From contig OZ244048.1 in NCBI GenBank assembly GCA_965215265.1, positions 4,544,001-4,608,000 of the forward strand: a stretch of DNA of 64,000 nucleotides. Direction: 5' to 3'. Positions 58,424 to 64,000 of this stretch are shown in pieces; position 1 is the first letter of the stretch, and the number at the start of each line of letters is the position of its first letter. The position numbers were made by a program, and so were the translations under genes. The DNA is from Candidatus Poribacteria bacterium. GTDB lineage: Bacteria > Poribacteria > WGA-4E > WGA-3G. The notes under the pieces are model-generated. The model was given only the letters and a program-made list of their open reading frames with translations. It was not told the origin of the DNA and searched no databases.

Positions 58424-59320
58424 ATGAAAGATTGGTGTTATGAATTTGCCACCAAAATGATCGGAGCATTCGTCCGTTGTTTGCCGCATTCGGTTGCATT
58501 AGTTGTCGGCGGTTTCTTAGGACGGCTAGGCTTCTGGTTGGCAGCTCGGGAACGCACGGTTGCATGTACACAACTGGAACGGAGCCTGAACTTATCGGAT
58601 GGCCAGCACGTCCGTTTTCTGGTGAAGAGATGCTTTGAAAACCTTGGGAAGACAGCGATTGAATTCCTACGGTTTCCGCGGATGAGTGCTAGAGATTTTC
58701 AGGAATATGTCAGGTTTGAAGGTGTGTCGCATGTGAAAGATGCGCTCGCGCGTGGGAAGGGTGCTATTATCCTGAGCGCGCACTTCGGGAATTGGGAGCT
58801 GCTTGCAGCAAGCTTCTCGGCACATGTCGCCCCACTGACACCGATTGTCCGCGAATTGCGTTCAGTGCGTTTAAACGCGTTGGTGCAAGCCTATCGTGCA
58901 GAGGCGGGGTATGTAACGATTGACAGAACCCGCGGCTTGCGACACGCACTTCGATGCCTTAAACGCAATGAATTGATTGGAATTGTCGCAGATGTCGATA
59001 CTCGCGTTAACGGTGTGTTCGTTGACTTTTTCGGGCGGCTCGCCTATACCCCATACAGTCCCGTGGCAATCGCACTCAAAACCGGCGCGGCGATACTACC
59101 GGCTTTTATTGTCCGTCAATCCGACGGAAGTCACCGGGCAATTATTGAACCACCCCTGGCGCTGCAACGCACCGACGGGAGAGAACTAGAACTTGTTATT
59201 AATACGCAAAAATTTACCAAAATTATTGAAGCATACATCCTTCAATATCCAGAACAGTGGATTTGGATGCATGAACGGTGGAAAACCCGTCCTAACGCCG
59301 AACGGAAGCAGGCATGCTAA
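58424..59320 (+). CDS. Lipid A biosynthesis acyltransferase (LpxL/HtrB family)
   Basis: AHFGNWEL, VDFFGR.A and PEQWIWMHERWK motifs. Confidence 0.92.
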   Translation: MKDWCYEFATKMIGAFVRCLPHSVALVVGGFLGRLGFWLAARERTVACTQLERSLNLSDGQHVRFLVKRCFENLGKTAIEFLRFPRMSARDFQEYVRFEGVSHVKDALARGKGAIILSAHFGNWELLAASFSAHVAPLTPIVRELRSVRLNALVQAYRAEAGYVTIDRTRGLRHALRCLKRNELIGIVADVDTRVNGVFVDFFGRLAYTPYSPVAIALKTGAAILPAFIVRQSDGSHRAIIEPPLALQRTDGRELELVINTQKFTKIIEAYILQYPEQWIWMHERWKTRPNAERKQAC

Positions 59321-59321
59321 G

Positions 59322-59873
59322 ATGCACTTATCTGTACTCTGGTTAAGCATCTGCCTTGTTTCCTTGCTATCCATAAGCTGCAGGGATACGGAAAAACCGG
59401 TCGCTGAACCGGTTGCGGGTACACCCGGGCAAAAACTCGACAGGTTTTCTACGCAACACACCGAAGCCGGTACACTCAAATGGACGTTAGTGGGTGAGGC
59501 TGCGGCTTCTTTTCAGCAGGATTTTGTTGAAGTGGACAATCCGACGGTCGAAATTTTTGAGGACGGTAACGTTTCTATAAAACTAACGAGTAAAAAGGGG
59601 ATCCATTTTCTGAGAGGTACTGAGAAAGACAACTTGCATCTATCCGGGAATGTCGTCGGAATGAGTAATGATGGCGAATTATATACGGAAGAACTACATT
59701 GGCTCAACCGCACAGGCTTATTATACGCACCCAATCAGGCAACAGTTGTGCGGGGCGATTCCACTTGGACCGGGGTTAAAATGCAAGCAAATCCGACACT
59801 TGAAACAGTCAAAATGGAAAAAAATCAATTCAAAATTTATACAAAAGATGAGAAAATAGATGAATTACAGTAG
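59322..59873 (+). CDS. lptC: LPS export ABC transporter periplasmic protein LptC
   Basis: N-terminal anchor/lipobox, L.GNV, LYTEEL.W, and position upstream of lptA/lptB. Confidence 0.75.
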   Translation: MHLSVLWLSICLVSLLSISCRDTEKPVAEPVAGTPGQKLDRFSTQHTEAGTLKWTLVGEAAASFQQDFVEVDNPTVEIFEDGNVSIKLTSKKGIHFLRGTEKDNLHLSGNVVGMSNDGELYTEELHWLNRTGLLYAPNQATVVRGDSTWTGVKMQANPTLETVKMEKNQFKIYTKDEKIDELQ

Positions 59874-60900
59874 CATTCAGAAGGCTTGCGAATTACGGTA
59901 CATTAAAAAAGGCAATACCCGGCATTTCTCTTATTACCTATGTCTCTTATGTCTCTTTGTGGGTTCTGTGGTCCTCACAGCGCTGGCAGAAGATACAGCA
60001 GCGCCCGAAAATAGCGACGAAGTTATTCAAATTGAAACCGAAACCCCGTCTGAAGAGACAGAAGAGAAAGCTGATGTTCCAGAGAATGATGGTAAAGCTG
60101 ATGAAAAAAATAGTGATGGCAGTCCGCCACCACAAAAAACAGACAGGCAAACGGGGACACCTGAAACTGGAACGGACGAGGCAGATGAAGAAGGTGAAGA
60201 AATTAACGGCAGTGCAGACAATCTGGAAAGATATGAAAAAGACGGCATAACAATTCTTACGGGAAACGTCAAAATCTTACGCACCAACGGCTACTTGCAC
60301 GCGGATAAGGTGACTTTTTATACTGAACCAGAAACAGACACAACGGTCCGGACAGTTGCAGAAAGCAACGTCGAAATTCGAGATGCAGAGCTCTTTGCAA
60401 CATGTGAACATGCTACCATGGACCATCTCACAAACACAATTATCCTCAAAGAGGACGTGGTGGTGATTCAAAATAAAGATAGACTGGAAACGACGCTTTT
60501 CACCTATAATAGAACGACCGGAAAACAGTTTGCCGAAGGGAATGTTAAGTTTAAGGTTCGAGTTACAGAAGCGGAACCGGTGCCTGCAGAAGAGACACAG
60601 ACAGAGACAGGCGAAGAGAGCGACGGTGCTAGTGGAGACACACCGCTATCAGTAACAGATGAAGAAGACAAAGAACGCACAGAAGATGAGAAAGGGCAAA
60701 GTGACGAAACAGCGACAGAAAAAAAAGTGGAAACTCCTGAAAATGCTAATGAGCAGGACGGACAAGAAAACGGAGATGGCAACGCCGGGAAAGAAGACGG
60801 TGAAAACCCGCCAGAAGCAGACGAAGATTCGGAAACTTCTGGAGAAGAGAGCGAAGCTCAAGATGAAAAGCCTGAAGAGGAGGCAACGGAGCAAGATTAG
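59860..60900 (+). CDS. lptA: LptA/OstA-like periplasmic protein with acidic disordered extensions
   Basis: Signal peptide, beta-jellyroll motifs LTGNVKI, L.ADKV and AEGNVK, and gene order. Confidence 0.75.
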   Translation: MNYSSIQKACELRYIKKGNTRHFSYYLCLLCLFVGSVVLTALAEDTAAPENSDEVIQIETETPSEETEEKADVPENDGKADEKNSDGSPPPQKTDRQTGTPETGTDEADEEGEEINGSADNLERYEKDGITILTGNVKILRTNGYLHADKVTFYTEPETDTTVRTVAESNVEIRDAELFATCEHATMDHLTNTIILKEDVVVIQNKDRLETTLFTYNRTTGKQFAEGNVKFKVRVTEAEPVPAEETQTETGEESDGASGDTPLSVTDEEDKERTEDEKGQSDETATEKKVETPENANEQDGQENGDGNAGKEDGENPPEADEDSETSGEESEAQDEKPEEEATEQD

Positions 60901-61724
60901 TGACTATAGAACTTCAAACACACAGTCTTGTAAAACGGTATACGCGCCGGGGCGTACTTGTTGTTAACGAAGTGAGTTTATCCGTTAGACAAGGTGAAAT
61001 TGTAGGGTTGCTCGGGCCGAATGGGGCTGGCAAATCAACTACGTTCTATATGGTAGTCGGGTTAATACAACCGAATTCGGGACGGATTACCTACGGTGGT
61101 AGGGATATCACCTTTATGCCGATGTACCAACGTGCCCGGCTCGGCATCGGTTACCTCGCGCAAGAGACCTCCATTTTCCGGAAACTGACAGTTAGAAAAA
61201 ACCTTGAGGCAATTCTGGAAGTGCAGCGTACCCCGAAGGAGGAGCGAGAATCGCGTATTCAGGAATTGACAACAGAATTGGGTATCTCAGAGCTCTTAGA
61301 GCGGAAAGCGTATACGCTCTCCGGTGGTGAAAGGCGGCGGGCTGAAATAGCACGAGCACTGGCTGCCGATCCTGCGTTCATTTTACTTGATGAACCGCTC
61401 TCTGGTATAGATCCTATCGCGATCGCGGATATTAAGCTGCTCATCGCACATTTACGCGAACGAGACCTCGGGATTCTCATCACAGACCACAATGCCTCTG
61501 AGACGCTCGACATTGTTGACCGGGCATACCTTATCGCCGACGGAAAGATTACGGTATCAGGAACCCCAGAGGAACTCGTCAACAACCAGCTGGCGAGGGA
61601 ACTCTATTTTGGGCACCACTTCCACTACCGACTCGTAAACTCTGGAAGAAGCGAGGCACCGAACCCCCTAAATACTGCCACTGCTTTAGATACTGAACGC
61701 AGAACACCTCAAGGCGGTACTTAA
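60900..61724 (+). CDS. lptB: LPS export ABC transporter ATP-binding protein
   Basis: GPNGAGKSTTFYM, RARLGIGYLAQE, LSGGERRR.EIARAL and GILITDHN motifs. Confidence 0.96.
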   Translation: MTIELQTHSLVKRYTRRGVLVVNEVSLSVRQGEIVGLLGPNGAGKSTTFYMVVGLIQPNSGRITYGGRDITFMPMYQRARLGIGYLAQETSIFRKLTVRKNLEAILEVQRTPKEERESRIQELTTELGISELLERKAYTLSGGERRRAEIARALAADPAFILLDEPLSGIDPIAIADIKLLIAHLRERDLGILITDHNASETLDIVDRAYLIADGKITVSGTPEELVNNQLARELYFGHHFHYRLVNSGRSEAPNPLNTATALDTERRTPQGGT

Positions 61725-61769
61725 TTCGAGACATGCACGACATATCTGCTTGATGAAGGGGTATATAAA

Positions 61770-63545
61770 ATGATCAAGCCTAAGATGAACCCTACACCTC
61801 AACTGAAACATAAAGTTGTCATAACGCCTCAGTTGCAGCAAGCAATTAACGTACTTGGTATGCCTCAGGGGGAACTCAAGCAATTTATCGCACTAGAATT
61901 GGAGGAGAACCCACTTCTGGAAATTAAAGAGGAATACGAAACGGTGCTGCTTGAAGAAGCAGAGGCAAATGAATATGTCGTGGATGTACATACGAAGGAG
62001 GAGGCTGTTGATGTCGACTGGGAATTAGTGCTGAATGACCGAATTTCAACGAGTGAGTGGACAAATACACGTTATGCAGAAACAGATGAACCGTCTATAG
62101 ACATCGCGGCACCTTTGTCACTGCACGATTACCTGATGGAGCAACTGCAGCATGGCGAATTCGACGAAATCGAATCTCTTATTGCAGAGCACATCCTCGG
62201 GAATTTAAATGACGATGGACAACTCCAACTGAAACTGTTTGAAATTCCACGCAAATTTGAAAGAGAATTGGATAAGAGAAATATATCCAGGAAATTGCAC
62301 ACTGTTATTGAGAAGAACCTGCAAAACGTAACCGGCGACAGTACGAAGTGGTTATCATCATCAGCAACTGTTCAGTTAAAAACCCCGGATGCTGTTGGCG
62401 ATGGAGGCCGTTGGAAAATCATTGACTGTGAGAACCGTAATACCTATACTATCGTAACGAATGGAACGGCTCCGCTCGATTTTTATCAACTCACTTTGGA
62501 GGATATCGCCGAGGAAGTTGGCTGTGACGTAGCCATGGTCGAACAGGTCCTTCGTAAAATTCAGAACACTTTTGAACCCGTCGGCATTGCTTATAGAGAT
62601 GTAAGGGAGGCACTGCTGATTCAGATTCGCAATTATGATGCTACTAACAGTGATGAGCCACATCCGCTCGCGGAAGCGATCTTGGAAAATCATTTTACCG
62701 GTTTGTTGCATCAGCAGTTAGATGAGATAGCAGAGGCATTAGGGGTAGATATCTCGGAGGTTCAAGACGCAAAACGGTGGATTGGGACGTTGTCTCCGTA
62801 TCCGGGCCGCGGTTTTTCACATCCGAATACAAGCATGGCGAGAAATGTCGGGGCAACTGGCGCTATTGATTACGCGGTGCCTATCCTCCCTGATGTTGAA
62901 ATTCGGCGCGTGGATTTCGGTGCTGCTACTGCAGATGAGCCATTTCATGTTATCATTGCCGACGACGACATACCGCGATTGAAGTTAAATTCTTACTACG
63001 TCAACCTCCTGCAAACCTCCAGCCCGAAACTTGATTCGGAAGCAAAAGCCTGGATAGAAGAACGGTATCGCGATGCCTCTTATTTAATGAACAGTATAGC
63101 ACACCGCGAACGGACAATTGTCCGAGTTACAAAAGCAATTTTCGAGGAACAATCAAAGTTCTTAACCGAAGGTATAAGTGGGATCGGACCCTTAACGCTC
63201 AGTACAATTGCTGAACGGATCGGTGTCCACGAGTCAACAGTGAGTCGCGTCACAAGCAATAAATATGTTGAAACGCCTTACGGTTTATATCCGTTAAGGT
63301 TTTTCTTTAGCAATGAAGTAACCACTGCGCACGGGGAGGGCGTTTCCGCCCGCCAGGTTAAAGTGCACATTAAGAAACTAATCCAGGGAGAAGTTCCAGA
63401 GACACCACTCAGTGACCAGGCTGTCAGTGATGCCTTGAAATCAAAAGGGATTCACATTGCCCGGCGGACTGTACAGAAATATCGTGAAGAATTAGGTATT
63501 CCATCATCTCGGCAAAGACGGCAAAGACGCAGTGCTAAAGTTTAG
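61770..63545 (+). CDS. rpoN: RNA polymerase sigma-54 factor
   Basis: TPQLQQAI, ELEENP.LE, HESTVSR.TSNKY, PLSDQ and RpoN box ARRTVQKYRE. Confidence 0.96.
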   Translation: MIKPKMNPTPQLKHKVVITPQLQQAINVLGMPQGELKQFIALELEENPLLEIKEEYETVLLEEAEANEYVVDVHTKEEAVDVDWELVLNDRISTSEWTNTRYAETDEPSIDIAAPLSLHDYLMEQLQHGEFDEIESLIAEHILGNLNDDGQLQLKLFEIPRKFERELDKRNISRKLHTVIEKNLQNVTGDSTKWLSSSATVQLKTPDAVGDGGRWKIIDCENRNTYTIVTNGTAPLDFYQLTLEDIAEEVGCDVAMVEQVLRKIQNTFEPVGIAYRDVREALLIQIRNYDATNSDEPHPLAEAILENHFTGLLHQQLDEIAEALGVDISEVQDAKRWIGTLSPYPGRGFSHPNTSMARNVGATGAIDYAVPILPDVEIRRVDFGAATADEPFHVIIADDDIPRLKLNSYYVNLLQTSSPKLDSEAKAWIEERYRDASYLMNSIAHRERTIVRVTKAIFEEQSKFLTEGISGIGPLTLSTIAERIGVHESTVSRVTSNKYVETPYGLYPLRFFFSNEVTTAHGEGVSARQVKVHIKKLIQGEVPETPLSDQAVSDALKSKGIHIARRTVQKYREELGIPSSRQRRQRRSAKV

Positions 63546-63666
63546 TTCACGTAATATGAGTTCAGCTGGCCCGTCTAAAAAAACATGCTGGCTAAACTCG
63601 CAACACGCGGAGCAGAAGGTTGATATCAACTTAGCCTTATGGGTTCCGGAAAAAAGAAGGATGGTT

Positions 63667-64000
63667 ATGAAAATTAACATTAGCGGACGCCAATTAAAAA
63701 TCACGGATGACATCCGGGATTACATCCTCAAACGTAGCGATAAAATTGAAACCCGTTTCGGAGAAATACAAGAATTAAACGTCGTGCTCAAATCAGAAAA
63801 ACATAGGTTTGAGGCAGAGATGATCGTAACAGCGCCACGAGCGTCTTTTCATGCAGAGAGCCACACGCATGAAATTTTCTCCGCGCTAGACATTGTGACG
63901 GACAAAATTATGAACCAGATCCGCCGTTATAAGGAGCGTGTTGTTAAAGATCGGCGGCATCGCCTACCGCATCGTGAAGTCGTCGCACAGTTGAATCCTG
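63667..64000 (+). CDS. hpf: Ribosome hibernation promoting factor (3' end outside window)
   Basis: Manual translation MKINISGRQLKITDDIRDYILKRSDKI...FSALDIVTDKIMNQIRRYKER; canonical position after rpoN. Not in the ORF track. Confidence 0.9.
   Translation, partial: MKINISGRQLKITDDIRDYILKRSDKIETRFGEIQELNVVLKSEKHRFEAEMIVTAPRASFHAESHTHEIFSALDIVTDKIMNQIRRYKERVVKDRRHRLPHREVVAQLNP

Noticed and set aside
63546-63666. Sigma-54 -24/-12 promoter before hpf
   Set aside because: The TGGC motifs are not followed by GC at the required GG-N10-GC spacing.

Overview
A 64-kb bacterial chromosomal window from a diderm organism, with about 45 protein-coding genes. It is probably Candidatus Poribacteria. That assignment is an inference from the C-terminal K-x-x-T-T-W-x-x-L-K motif, paired PhyH genes, an internalin-like LRR protein, CRTAC1/FG-GAP and TPR lipoproteins, and a DUF6785-type membrane protein. 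Housekeeping genes are accC (partial), rpiA, pepP, folD and the lpxL-lptC-lptA-lptB-rpoN-hpf cluster. Also present are a TonB-dependent uptake locus with candidate Pho boxes, two ECF sigma/zinc anti-sigma pairs, and several peptidases and oxidoreductases. No rRNA, tRNA, transposase or cas gene was recognised. Main observations: (1) two paralogous PD-(D/E)xK (Rpn-like) nuclease genes each have a TTGACA-N18-TATACT promoter, a shared upstream terminator, and an internal GGAGGT-N7-ATG start at the same position, suggesting a nested small antitoxin; (2) a modular family of about 20 ~60-bp arms forms hairpin elements and arrays in six intergenic regions and donates start and stop codons to neighbouring genes, with a second hairpin family nested inside it; (3) a secreted Ig/LRR protein gene is frameshifted at a C9 tract in its signal peptide, a candidate phase-variable OFF state; (4) smaller items include a 526-bp MITE-like element, a CRISPR-like repeat-spacer-repeat in a protease leader, and a ~88-aa insertion in sigma-54.
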